From: Coniocarpon cinnabarinum
Lineage: Eukaryota
Assembly: GCA_051942205.1 (NCBI GenBank)
Contig: JAVECO010000027.1
Coordinates: 62,001-126,000 of the forward strand
DNA length: 64,000 nt
Direction of reading: 5' to 3'
This document shows, piece by piece, positions 1 through 11,100 of the stretch. The position numbers were made by a program, and so were the translations under genes. The first letter of the stretch is position 1. Each line of letters opens with the position of its first letter. Under the pieces are notes generated by a model that had not been told where the DNA came from, ran no database searches, and was given only the letters and a program-made list of their open reading frames with translations.

Positions 1-474
1 CCAAGATACACGCCGGATACTTCACCAAAGGTGTGGTGCCCACCATCGAATCCCTGAACGCAGTCCATGGACGTGCATGGGAAGATGTTGATCATTGACG
101 GAATTGTGGAGCACACACGGAGTGGCATAGAACGTCAAACATTTTTACTGATCCTGCGGAATGATTGACGATGGTAGTCAGCATAGCGCAAGGAGGTTTG
201 CATCAGAACATGGGTACAGGAGCAACATGTCGGCGCAGATAGAAAAACATGAATAGACGATCTAACAAAGTGGAACGAATTTTATCGAGTTATGCTGTTA
301 TCGTGACCCTCCTTGAATTGCGTTTAGGGGTAGACATGTGCCACGTTTAAAAACCAAGCTCCTCGCGCACAGACCACCGCACACAGTTTGAGCGCACCTA
401 GCAAATTAGGACCGCTAACACACCATCGAATCCGGCCACGACATCCCCTTCTTCTCTTCGACAAACCACCCAGC

Positions 475-1435
475 ATGGCCGTCGGAAAGAACAAGCGTCT
501 CTCAAAAGGCAAAAAGGGCCTCAAGAGGCGCACGGTCGACCCATTCTCGCGCAAGGACTGGTATTCCGTCCGCGCACCGAGCACCTTTGAGAAGACAGAG
601 TACGTCGCCACACAGACCATTCCAACCCACGATCATTATCAAGCTCTCGATTGAGAATGAGTCAAGAAGCTAACGTGTACGCTCAGTGTCGGCAAAACCC
701 TCGTGAACCGCACCACCGGTCTCAAAAACGCCAACGACGCCCTCAAAGGCCGCATCTTCGAAGTGTCCCTCGCCGATCTCCAAAACGAAGCCGAAGAACA
801 CTCCTACCGCAAGATCAAGCTGCGCGTCGACGAAGTGCAAGGCCGGAACTGTCTCACCGACTTCCACGGCCTGGACTTCACCTCCGACAAGCTGCGCTCG
901 CTCGTGAGGAAATGGCAGACGCTCATTGAGGGCAACGTTGTCATCAAGACATCCGATGATTACTTGCTGCGGGTTTTCGTGATTGCGTTCACGAAGCGGA
1001 GACCGAATCAGGTGAAGAAGACGACGTATGCGTCTTCTGCGCAGATCCGGGCGATCCGGAAGAAGATGATTGAGGTTGTACAGAGGGAGAGTGCGAGTGA
1101 GAGTTTGGCGGGGTTGACGCGGAAGATTATTCCGGAGGTTTTTGGGAATCAGATTGAGAAGGCTTGTCAGGGCATTTACCCTTTGCAAAATGTGAGTCAT
1201 TGTCCTACACTGTCATACTTAGGACGAACATCGGATTGGTTGTTACGGGCGCTGTGAAGAAGCAGAGAGCTAATATTTCGTGACATAGGTCCACGTACGA
1301 AAAGTCAAGCTGCTCAAGGCGCCCAAGTTCGATCTGGGTGCCCTGTTAGCGAAGCACAACCAGGGAAGCACAGATGACTCGGGACAGAAGGTGGCGAAGG
1401 ACTACAAGGAGCCCGAGATTCAAGAAAGCGTGTAG
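475..1435 (+). CDS. RPS1: 40S ribosomal protein eS1 (S3aE/S1), 3 exons
   Basis: Exons 475-599, 687-1191, 1289-1435 joined by GT-AG introns with CTAAC/CTAAT branch sites. Spliced protein [30 protein letters not shown]...[12 protein letters not shown]...[26 protein letters not shown] is typical of eS1. Confidence 0.97.
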
Positions 1436-2530
1436 AAGGGCGACGTTGTGACGAAGGGTGTGGTGGTGATGGCACATGTTGCCTGGTAGCGTGCGGAGCG
1501 GCCGCTAGATCGAGGCTGTTGTGCGATATGCATTGAATCAAATCTTCAAATTTGCCTTATAAGCCGGCCGTGAGTTCTCCTCTTGGCCTTCCATAAATAG
1601 ACGGTCGGTGATGTCTTCTCGTTCGAGAAGCGGATGATAAGATTAGGTGTCTGCTTTCGCTAATCGGTTGCATCACCTCTCACAGTTTCTTCTTATCTTT
1701 ACAAAATAAGTCCACGCTCAATCGCAGCACAGAACGCACGCAGCAGATTTGGGTATCAGAGATTAGCTGTCAAATATCAGAGCACGGCTTCGGTAGCACA
1801 AATGTTGACTCTACACATCTGTTCATTAACACGTGGGCTGCTGCATTCCTACATCACTTTTGCAAAGTCAATATACTTCTGCACTGTTATCATCCTTCAC
1901 CTTGACACTCGAGCATGACCAAGACCAGAGTCGTGTTTACGAAGTCACATTGCTGGCAGCTAATGGCACAGTGCGCGAATACCACATCATCATGTCTGAC
2001 TGGAGACCAAAGAATGATCACGTATCCAACCGTTTGGGCTTTCAAGGTTTGAAGAAAAACGATGCAATGCGTGTTCAGGATGGCTATGTTCAAGCAGCAG
2101 CTTTCAAGTGTCACATCCAATATTTGCGCCACTCCAGAGTTTTTAATGGGCCTGATCGTGAGTAGTCTTGCTCTGACACTGTTTGACTGTGATATCCACA
2201 CCACGTGACCGTCCTGTCACAACGCCTCACAGAAGTCGAGCCTGTACAATAAGAAGAATCAACGTCACGAAGCTATAAAGGCGCAAGCCCTGTATACCGC
2301 GCAAGACGCTGAATCATCCCGCGGGAAGTACTTTTCCACAAGGCTCTGGCCGTGATGAACGCATTGACTCACTGCGTCTTGAAATGCATAATGCCCTGCC
2401 TTTGCCACTCGCGCACAGTTCCTTTACATGCACCTGCCGCCTTGCATGAACGTTTCCATATATCATCTGCTTGAACTCAGACGAATTCGACTTTTCCGGA
2501 CTTCAGCAAAACTTCCACAACCATCTCAAA

Positions 2531-3094
2531 ATGCCGGTATCGACCTGGATATCACAGGCATTCTCAGGAGCCGTAGGGTTCATCAGAGGCAAACCTTCAG
2601 GGCGTGGAAACGATTCACTACTTCCGCTGGAGCTCGTGATCCAGATCGTTGCTGACCACTTGGATGCCATGCTACGAGACGAACCGAAGCAGTACTGTGC
2701 TGAAGTGCTGCGGATTGCACAGGTATCCTCGGCATTGCTCAACGAGACACACCGAATTGTCGTCGAGCACCAACAATTTGTGGAATCGATGCTGCGCCTC
2801 TCCCGGACTAACTTCGAGGTGCACTCGGATCATTGTCGGCTGACGACCTTACTGAATCACTTTGCTCTAATCTCCTGCCAAAGCTTCCCCTCGCAAGAGT
2901 GCAGGGACAAGGGTGTGGAGATCATATTCTGGTGCGAGCGATCAGACGTCATTTTCGAGACTCATTACGCTCTGAAGCGTATTTCCATGGCGGTACTGCA
3001 ATCACGTCATCCAGACGAGGCAGGTGTGCAGGATGCTGAGCGTTCTCGCGAGCTCCCCGACGCCTCGAATGATGACACTAGCAAAGTTTCATGA
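2531..3094 (+). CDS. Orphan protein with partial F-box-like motif (LLPLELVIQIV)
   Basis: Stop-free 187-codon frame from ATG 2531 (the ORF track starts at TTG 2471). LP.E+..+I motif near the N-terminus. No other recognisable domain. Confidence 0.5.
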   Translation: MPVSTWISQAFSGAVGFIRGKPSGRGNDSLLPLELVIQIVADHLDAMLRDEPKQYCAEVLRIAQVSSALLNETHRIVVEHQQFVESMLRLSRTNFEVHSDHCRLTTLLNHFALISCQSFPSQECRDKGVEIIFWCERSDVIFETHYALKRISMAVLQSRHPDEAGVQDAERSRELPDASNDDTSKVS

Positions 3095-3105
3095 CATGAA
3101 AAATT

Positions 3106-4108
3106 TCAGGACTTGTCGGACAGAAAGTCGACAGCAGCTACGACAAATCAGCATCAATACAAACATGTGAAGTGGTATTTGATGTGTCCTACCTTCACGG
3201 AACGCATGCGGATTCTCTGAGACAATCCAGTGACCAGCCTCGATGTCCTTCAACTCGAAACGGGGGAAAAATTTGCCAATCGCAGGTAGCGTATCGTCGG
3301 CAACATAGTGGCTTTTGGTTCCCCGCGTGAAGAGCGTTGGACCGACGTAGCGGACTTCATCTGGATCTTTGTAGGGAAAGTCGGCCATGTGATCGAGAGA
3401 ATTGGCGAGGGTCTGAATGGGTACCCTGAACTTCTGAAATGGCTTGCCAGATGCGTCTGTATCTCGAACGAGGTTCGTCAGTAGGAACTGACGAATAGGC
3501 AGACTCTCTTCAAATGGTTTCAAAATCTCGTCTGCTTCACTCTGCCTCTGTGTCTTTGCCTCTTCAACCTTTTTCATGCCCTGAATGTATTTGCCAAAAT
3601 CGCTCTTGAGAGCAGCATCAACGGGCGCATTGTCGACTGATATGAGCTTTTCCACAAGCGAGGAATTATGCAATGCAACCACCATGGCTGTCTTCGCACC
3701 CATTGAATGGCCAATCAGAGCTGCAGGTTGGAGTTTGTGTTCATGAATAAACTCTTCAACGTCTTCCCCCAGGACGGTGTAGTCGTGGCGCGGGTCATGC
3801 GGGGAGTCGCCATGGTTGCGTAGATCAATGGCGTACACGGGACGAGTCAAATCTCTCGCTAAAACTTTGCTCATGCTTCGATTGTTCTTCTTGGAGCCAA
3901 AGAGGCCATGAATGAAAATGATCGGGCGTCCCCTTTCGCTCCCAGATGCTGCAGGAGGTTCATGGAGGTCGTAGGCGAGTTTGAGACAGCGCGAGCTGCT
4001 TGTCGAGAACGGCCGCCGGCATACTGGAACCTTTGACGTAGGATGAAATGATCTAGACGTGCAATAAAGACGATTACGCAGCGAGATCCCTCCCCTTGGA
4101 GCGGTCAT
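3106..4108 (-). CDS. Alpha/beta hydrolase, ABHD11/YGR031W (Imo32/Eat1)-like, probably mitochondrial
   Basis: HGLFGS oxyanion motif, DLRNHGDSPH, GHSMG nucleophile elbow, AGHW catalytic His, and an Arg/Ser-rich presequence. Exons 4108-3193 and 3137-3106 (intron GTAGGA...GCTGAT...TAG) give the C-terminus FREAAVDFLSDKS*. Confidence 0.9.
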
Positions 4109-4577
4109 GAGAGAATCATCGGGGGCAGGTGTGTGAATGACGTTAGCCGAAGCTCACAAGCGAGCTATAGAAAATAGTTACCCTGCTCTATCAAGCGGCT
4201 GAAACGACGCCCACGCACTTCCCTTTCGGGGATGCAGGGATCCACAGTTCCATTCGCCTCCCACCCCACTGTCAAAGTCTGATCTTCGAGATAAGGAGCA
4301 TTCCACTGACATCACGCAGACTGCAAGCGACAGTCGCAGCGGACGGCTGCATGTGTCAAGGTTCTGTGTTCGCATAGGTTGCGTGGGTCAACAGTGACAT
4401 GCACCTGGCAGCTGCAACGTGCATGAGGCGCACACCAGCGCGAGGCCCTGCCAGGCACCTGAGTTCTAGCCCAGAGCTGGCAAGGAATTGTGGTGCAATT
4501 AGCTGAGGCTCCTGAAGACTGGCGAGTAAAGATGCCTACAGAACTTTCGTCCGGTGTTGGACCCTGAAGGCCCATTG

Positions 4578-4592
4578 ATTGGCTCGGATTGG
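4578..4592 (-). promoter_or_regulatory. Two CCAAT boxes 10 bp apart in the divergent hydrolase/ERG3 promoter
   Basis: ATTGG at 4578-4582 and 4588-4592, about 320 bp upstream of the ERG3 ATG. The CCAAT-binding complex is a known regulator of fungal ergosterol genes; function at this site is inferred. Confidence 0.35.
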
Positions 4593-4904
4593 TCGGTGGG
4601 CTGGTGGGTCGCCCTTTCGGAGTTAATTCACTGAACCCCCAATATTTTCTTCGCACAGCCTACGCACCTTACGAAGCTGTCTAGGGGATTCAATCTCACC
4701 TCTCCTCTCTTTAATTTTGTGGCCTTTCCGTGCTCTTCTGTCGTCCCGACGTTGCCATTCGTTTCCCTCGCCACTCCCGACGTTAGAACTGCCGACGTGC
4801 TCTTCAAAAAGCTGCTGGAATCTGCCTCTGCTTGCACTCTCAAGTTTAGTTTGAGCTGTGTTTGATCGCGCCAAGCTTGACTCACCCTACTACTCCCCCG
4901 CGCC

Positions 4905-6007
4905 ATGGACGTCGTCCTCGAGGTCTTTGATGCGTTCCTCTTCGACAGGGCTTACGCTACTCTCCTGCCCGCCCAGCTGTCTCACCGCGACCTGCGGATT
5001 GCTCCCAATGGCACTTTCACCAGCGCGCAAAATCAGCCCACCGCCTATGTTTACCAGCCCGCCAGCCAGTATTTGGCCATTGAACCGTCCAAATATGCCT
5101 ACCAGAGCGCATGGCCTCGAGATCATCTCTACAGGCAGATGCTGAGTCTGTACATCATCACAGCGTATGTTTCATCTCGTATCTGAAAACTCCACAGTGC
5201 TAACAGTCTCTCAGCTTTTTTGGCGTCTTTGTCTACTTTTTCTTCGGAACCCTCTCCTACATCTTCATCTTCGATAAGACGCAGTTTAATCATCCCCGCT
5301 ACCTCAAGAATCAAATGTCCATGGAGATCGCCCAGTCTCTCCGCGCCATGCCCGTCATTGCCCTCTGCACCGTCCCAGCTTTCCTCGCCGAAGTTCGTGG
5401 CTGGTCCAAGATATACGACACCACTGCGGAAGGCCCGGGTCGATGGTACGACATCATGCAGTTCCCCTTCTTCTTCATCTTTACAGACTCGCTCATCTAC
5501 TGGATCCACCGAGGCTTGCATCACCCGCTCATCTACAAGCGATTGCACAAGTCGCATCACAAATGGGTCGTGCCCACCCCCTTCGCGAGCCACGCGTTCC
5601 ATCCGCTGGACGGCTTCGCGCAGAGCGTGCCCTACCACGTCTTCCCTTTCTTGTTCCCCTTGCAGAAATTCGCATATATTGCCCTCTTCATCTTCGTCAA
5701 CATCTGGACGGTCATGATCCACGATGGGGAGTACGCCATGAATTCGAAGATTATCAACGGCGCCGCGTGCCACACGATGCACCATCTGTACTTCTCATTC
5801 AATTATGGGCAATTCACTACAGTCTGGGACCGCATAGGCGGCAGCTACCGCAAGCCGAACGAGGAGCTCTTCCGCCGCGAAGATAAGCTCAGCAAAGCCG
5901 AGTGGGAGCGCCAGAGCAAGGAAATGCAGAGCATCGTGGAGCGTGTGGAGGGCAAGGACAACGACCGCGTGTACCTGCATCCCGAGGAGACGAAGAAGGC
6001 GCAGTAG
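4905..6007 (+). CDS. ERG3: C-5 sterol desaturase
   Basis: Exons 4905-5164 and 5215-6007 (GTATGT...GCTAAC...CAG). Starts MDVVLEVFD; histidine boxes HRGLHH, HKSHHKW and HTMHH; PFASHAFHPLDG motif. Confidence 0.96.
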
Positions 6008-8448
6008 TGGGCATGGCGGCGCGAAGTCGAGACTAAAAGGGCTTAATGTCTGTGTATACTTCTGGATAATGCTGTAAGCTTGGAGGCGATTTTCCACAGG
6101 GCGGTGATTACCCGAGTGCGTGTTATGGCTTTATGGATACCATTCAATGATACATGAATTTCAACATCTCCATGTTCTCAAAGTCTTGGTGGCGCCACGA
6201 GGGCTAGAGGACGACAGCACTTGTCGCTTCTGCAATTCAGAGTCTTCTCAGTACAAAGCGAGTTCGCCATTATATCCACAGCTTTGTGTCCTAGATTCTG
6301 CGAGTCGTGCGGGCTCGCTGCGCAGGCTCGAGCCAAGCAGATTTCCAACCGTGGTCATTGCCGTTAAGTCCACGTGTCTCTCACCGCAAGTTGCTGGACG
6401 GCAGGGTCTCGTGAATTGGATCAAGGGGTCAGTGCAGGGGGTTGGAAGGAAATTTCAATCCAACCGTATCCAAATGTTGCTGCGTACGAGGTCCCTTCGC
6501 AGAGGAGATACTGCGTACATGATAGAAAGAACACTGAAAGCGCGCCATGCATACTTTCGCGGAGTGGCTGTGCAATGTTATTGGAGTAAGAGTGTCAGTA
6601 TCTGGTCCGCAAAGGTCTAAATAAGAAATGTGCAGTGTCTCAAAGATGCAAGAGATTCGTGTGGTAGCGTTTGCGTCTCTTTCTTTGATGCTATCTGTTG
6701 TCCGTTGATGAGTAAAGAACTCTGGCGGGCATGAGCATCAGGCGTACGGATGGCTTTAGTGATTGCAGAAAATGCCAGAGATGCTTGGCTTAGATTCTAA
6801 TCGTTTCTTTGACTTAAGTCACTACAATACTACGGCTGGTACACTAAATTCGCAGAGGCCACTGAAGAATGACCTTGCCACAGAAAATCAGAGAATCTTG
6901 CAAGTCGTATCGGTCTTCCAGCGTCATCACCCAAAGCCGGCGCTTGGACCTGCAGCCATTCTGTCGTTGTAGCAAAAACGAGACGGGCTTATGCCAAGCA
7001 TTGCTTGTACTCTATGCAAGCGCTAATATAACGAGCTGGCCCCAAAGGGCGCCCCACTTGAATTTGACTTAGACATTCTCTACCACTTTTCCTTGACCCA
7101 ATGTAACTTCACTGCTTCTCTAGAGATACAAAAGCGTGTAGATCATTATATTGCGTATGTCTAATTGTTGCTGTCGACTGAGCGTGCTGAAAAAGCGCGT
7201 GCATCAAGCATACTTGCTTCCTTGGTCTAGTTGGTTATGACGTCGGTCTCATAAGTACACTTATGATCTGAAGCACAACACTTCAGTGCAATCCGAAGGT
7301 CCGGAGTTCAAACCTCCGAGGGAGCACACGTCGTTTCCTTTGTTTTTGTTTCATTTGTTTTGGTATTCGGAGTCACTTGAAATTTCTGCGAAGATTTAGG
7401 GAGAAGTCTGTGTGATGTGTGCATTACCGGTGACACCACGTCCTGGCCAGCACATGGTCCAAACTCGTGGGCAAACCTTGCTCTTGTTCTTTTCATTGGG
7501 AAGTTACAAGACACATGAATTGGATTTACGTTGGAGCGTGGCGACATCGTAATCTTTGTATCGCAGGGGCATAGGAAAACCTGGCAATAAACATTTAGAC
7601 CGTGAGCGTAGCACTACTGCGTAGCTCTATCGTTGGCTGAAACCCAAACTTTTCAGCTTTTCGATTATAACATGTTCGGGAATGAAAGGAGAGAATCACG
7701 TGACGTGTTCACGCAGCCCGCCCTCACGATGACAAGACAAGCCAAGCCACTGTGCTTGACAACGACAACGAATGCGACCCGTATCTCGAGCTTCGTTGCA
7801 AATTCTGACAATAGTCTGCATTCCTATGTGAGGACCTTGTTGAAAGGCATGGCAAACGTCACGTGAACTCTTCATCTTTGACCACTCCCTCGTCACAACA
7901 TTCAAAGGTCAAAGCAAGCGACAGGCCGTTCGAGATTCAGGCCAAAACCAGGGCCGATCCCGTATAGGTGATCTCAAGACTCTCTATTGTCCTTCCCAAA
8001 GTTGCGAACATGACGCCAATGGCTTTTCAACATCGAACGATGGAGCAAGTCCCTGAAGCCAGTACCATCATCCGTGACTACTCTCAAAGCCTGGTCCTCT
8101 TTGCTAGAAAGCTCGGTTAATCTCAATGATCAGGAGCTTCTGCGTGCAACAACCAAGCATAAGAAATCCGGTCACCCAGTGAGCTCAGCCCAGGGACACA
8201 GCTCCATGCAACACCTTCAAGCCTCGACATTTTAGACCAATTCAGCCGCTTGCTCCTCAGCCTCCCCTTCTTCAGCCAGAATGTCTCCTCCATATCCTTA
8301 CGTGACAAGACTGGCATCAGATCTGTACAGTTGTTGATCTGCTGTTCTGTGGTATTTGCAGGCAACCGATTGCTCTCACGTGCACCTAACACCAATTCAC
8401 AACAAAAGACAGAGTCTGCGTCAACAGTGCAGACGTAAGGGACTGCGA

Positions 8449-9330
8449 GGCTCTAAAGCTACGAACATGGCTGCGAATCCCCTTTGGACCTCACAAAGCG
8501 CCGAATTGAATCATGGTATACGCTGCTGCCTTTTGCAGTGTATCAGCCTCTTCAAAGAGCCTTCAGCCAACTGGTATGGAGGTCGGCAAAGCTGCTGATA
8601 TGACGGCCAAGTCATCTTTAGCTTTACAAAGCGCCGAATTACATTGTGGCAACCGCTGCCGCTTTTGGCGATATTCTGTTCTAGGCGAAGAGTCTGCAGC
8701 ACAACGACAATTAAGTCGAAAAAGTGGCGGTTATAGCGACAAACCTGCTCTGCACTCTACAAAGCGCCAGCTAATACTATGGCAAGCGCTGTTGCTTTTG
8801 GCCATACGAAGTCCTAAGCGAAGAGCCCTAGGTTCAACGACAATGCGGTCAAAACAGCAACAGATATAGCGACAAACATGCTCCTAACTTTACAAAGCAG
8901 CAACTTGTACTATGTCAAGCGCTGTTGCTTTTGTGACACAGAAATCTGTGCCGAGAGCCCTTAGCCTAAAGACGATCAGATTAAAATTGCCGAGGGTATG
9001 ACGGCCATCGCCGCTCTGACCTCAAAGACCATCGAACTCTGCTACGGTAAGTGCTGTCGCCTTGAGAATCACACACTTCTGTACAAACAGCCTGCATTCA
9101 AATCGTATATGGTTGGCAAAGCTGCGGGTACGACCGCGATCGCCTATCTAGTCTTATAATTCGCGTAATTGCGCTATGATATGCGCTGTCACCTTTAGGA
9201 ACTCAGGGTTTTCTGTGAAGAGCCCTCAGCACGATGACATTCAGGTTGGCAAAGATGTCGGTATGACGGCCTACGCTCCTTTGACCTTGCAAGAAGCCGA
9301 AATGTGCTGCAGCGAATTGCGCGTTCTATG
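8449..9330. repeat. Diverged tandem array, about 7 units of 132-133 bp
   Basis: Anchor ACAAAGC(GCC) at 8493, 8626, 8759, 8892 (period 133), with diverged equivalents near 9024, 9156, 9289. Other recurring blocks are GGTYGGCAAAG, TATGACGGCC/TATAGCGAC, AAGCGCTGT and GAAGAGCC. Confidence 0.88.
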
Positions 9331-9420
9331 GCTCTCATAGGCGCAAGCACACAACAGTATCTATCAACGAGTGTGTGCGCTAACCTATTTAGTAATATCG
9401 TACCAGCTTTTGGGCGGATA

Positions 9421-9458
9421 TGGCGGTGAGGGGCGTGGCGGTGAGGGGCGTTGCGGTG
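9421..9458. repeat. 15-bp direct repeat TGGCGGTGAGGGGCG x2.5 (contains AGGGG/STRE-like and GC-box-like cores)
   Basis: Exact copies at 9421-9435 and 9436-9450, partial copy TTGCGGTG at 9451-9458. Confidence 0.75.
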
Positions 9459-9707
9459 TGCAGAAACAGTCTCAATACATACACGCTCTTCCTAAGACAC
9501 ATGTTTCCCAACACACATACATCCATTGCTTTCCTACCAGTTCCATGATCCTCGCTCATAATTGCAGCAAAGACGCAAGATTGGACAGTCCTTTACCTGT
9601 ATGCCTTGTTCATGGTCTCTCCCGTCAGCTTTCGTCTTCCTCCCTAGCTCCCGTCGTCGACCCGCTGGGTGAGCCCAGATGCCTCGAGTTTCACAAGCAC
9701 CTTAACA

Positions 9708-9764
9708 ACGCGAAAAAACGCGAAAAATCACGAAAAATCACGAAAAAACGCGGTAGACGCGCGT
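9708..9764 (+). promoter_or_regulatory. 10-bp-periodic array of SCB/MCB/StuA-like (APSES) sites
   Basis: ACGCGAAAAA ACGCGAAAAA TCACGAAAAA TCACGAAAAA ACGCGG, then ACGCGCGT at 9757-9764. Four CRCGAAA matches at exact 10-bp spacing. Confidence 0.55.
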
Positions 9765-10179
9765 GTTCTTTTTTGATCGTTGCTGCTCATTCGCTCTTCG
9801 ACTCGGTCCTGGGGTAATTGAATGCTTTCTCTTGTGGTCGACACCAATTTCAATCTTCCTGATTGGCCAGAGTGGTTGCGTGATTGAACGGCGAGGGCCA
9901 GGAGCTGTTGATAGCAGAATCGAACACAATGACATCAAGCCTGTCTTCTGGCAATCCATTTTCTTTCCCTTGCTCTCTTCTTCTTTCCTTTGTTTTCTCT
10001 TCTCTCCATCCATCATCGTAACGAGAGTAAGTGTTGATTGCTTGCTCTTTTGCACACTGGCTTCCACAGAGTCTCATCCCAGAAGCCCTTCACCAGTTGA
10101 ACCATTCCACTGAGCATCTGACGACCTCTGTTTTCTTTCTTTGCGATTCACTGACGACTGAATCTGTTAGTCATCAAAA

Positions 10180-11086
10180 ATGTCTACCGCTGCTACTGCT
10201 GCTGATGCTACTACTGCTGCTGCTGCTGGTGCTGCCACCGCTGCTGTCCAAGTAAGTCAACCTGTTTCCCTTTGTTCGCTTTTTACCTCGTGTCATGGAA
10301 ACACTCTCAAACGCACGCTTCTTGACTGACCTCAATGTGACAGGAACAATCGTCCCAAAAGGTGGACGTAAGTGTTTTCGCCTTCATGCTGCTGCCTGTC
10401 TCGTGAGACTGCGGTCTCATACGCGGGGTGCACGTGCTGCGTTTCGCGCAGCTCATTGTCTGACATCAATGCTAACTACTTTGGCCAGGAAACAATGAAC
10501 GACGGCGTATGCAGTGACTATTTGAAGACAATCTTGATACGTCCAGTGCTGATTCGTCTATGCAGCAAACACAGCCAGAAGAAGAGCCTCGTGTAAGTCA
10601 AGCTTTCAGCCTTAGCTCAACCTCAGCGCTGACCCCTTTGCAGCAGAAGAAAGCAAGGCATCACAAGTCTTGTATGCTGGAGAAGGCACTCCCCACATGG
10701 CATTGAAACACTGACCTTTCTAATAAGGCAAATGCGAAAAAAATTGCGCGCCCGGAAAATGCGAGCGCGCAAAAGAGTTGCGCAAACAAAATCAGCGCAA
10801 TAAAAGGCGCAACAGGCGCCTTGCGGCGATGGAGAAGCGGGAAGAGGAGCAGAGAGAGGCGGCGGCGGCGGCGAAGGAGAGAGAGAAGGAGGAGAACGGG
10901 GTGCGGGTGGGGCCGAAGGGGCGCGGCGGTGTTCGAGAGCTGTTGTTGAAGCCGGATGTGCCCAAGGCACATCCTGAGGTCGACTTGCTGGTGGAGATGC
11001 ACAAGAAGCTGAAACGTGGTCAGCTGTTGCCGGGGGAGCATGCGCTGTGGCGCCGCATGTATAAGAAGCTTTGTCAAGAGCGGTGA
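10180..11086 (+). CDS. Six-exon micro-exon gene; 175-aa orphan with Ala-rich N-terminus, HHxxCxCx3Cx4C cluster, basic stretch and coiled coil
   Basis: Exons 10180-10251, 10344-10367, 10489-10506, 10566-10592, 10644-10671, 10728-11086. Donors GTAAGT x3 and GTATGC x2; each intron has a CTGAC/CTAAC/CTGAT branch site and ends CAG or AAG. The joined 528 nt are stop-free and in frame with ORF 10778-11086. Start context CAAAAATG. Confidence 0.8.
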
Positions 11087-11100
11087 TTTCAGAATTGACA

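Noticed and set aside
1..98. Possible 3' end of an upstream + strand gene (KIHAGYFTKGVVPTIESLNAVHGRAWEDVDH*)
   Set aside because: Too short and truncated by the window edge to support a call.
670..1200. 176-aa minus-strand ORF
   Set aside because: Antisense shadow of RPS1 exon 2 caused by codon bias.
1833..2204. Overlapping 110-aa (+) and 104-aa (-) ORFs
   Set aside because: No good ATG start, recognisable motif or clear splice structure, so neither strand can be chosen.
5129..5785. 218-aa minus-strand ORF
   Set aside because: Antisense shadow of ERG3.
8449..9330. 133-bp array read as a CRISPR array, 5S/tRNA cluster or coding repeat
   Set aside because: Eukaryotic context with no cas genes. 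Similarity runs along the whole unit rather than alternating repeat and unique spacer. No 5S or tRNA signatures, and the period is not a multiple of 3.
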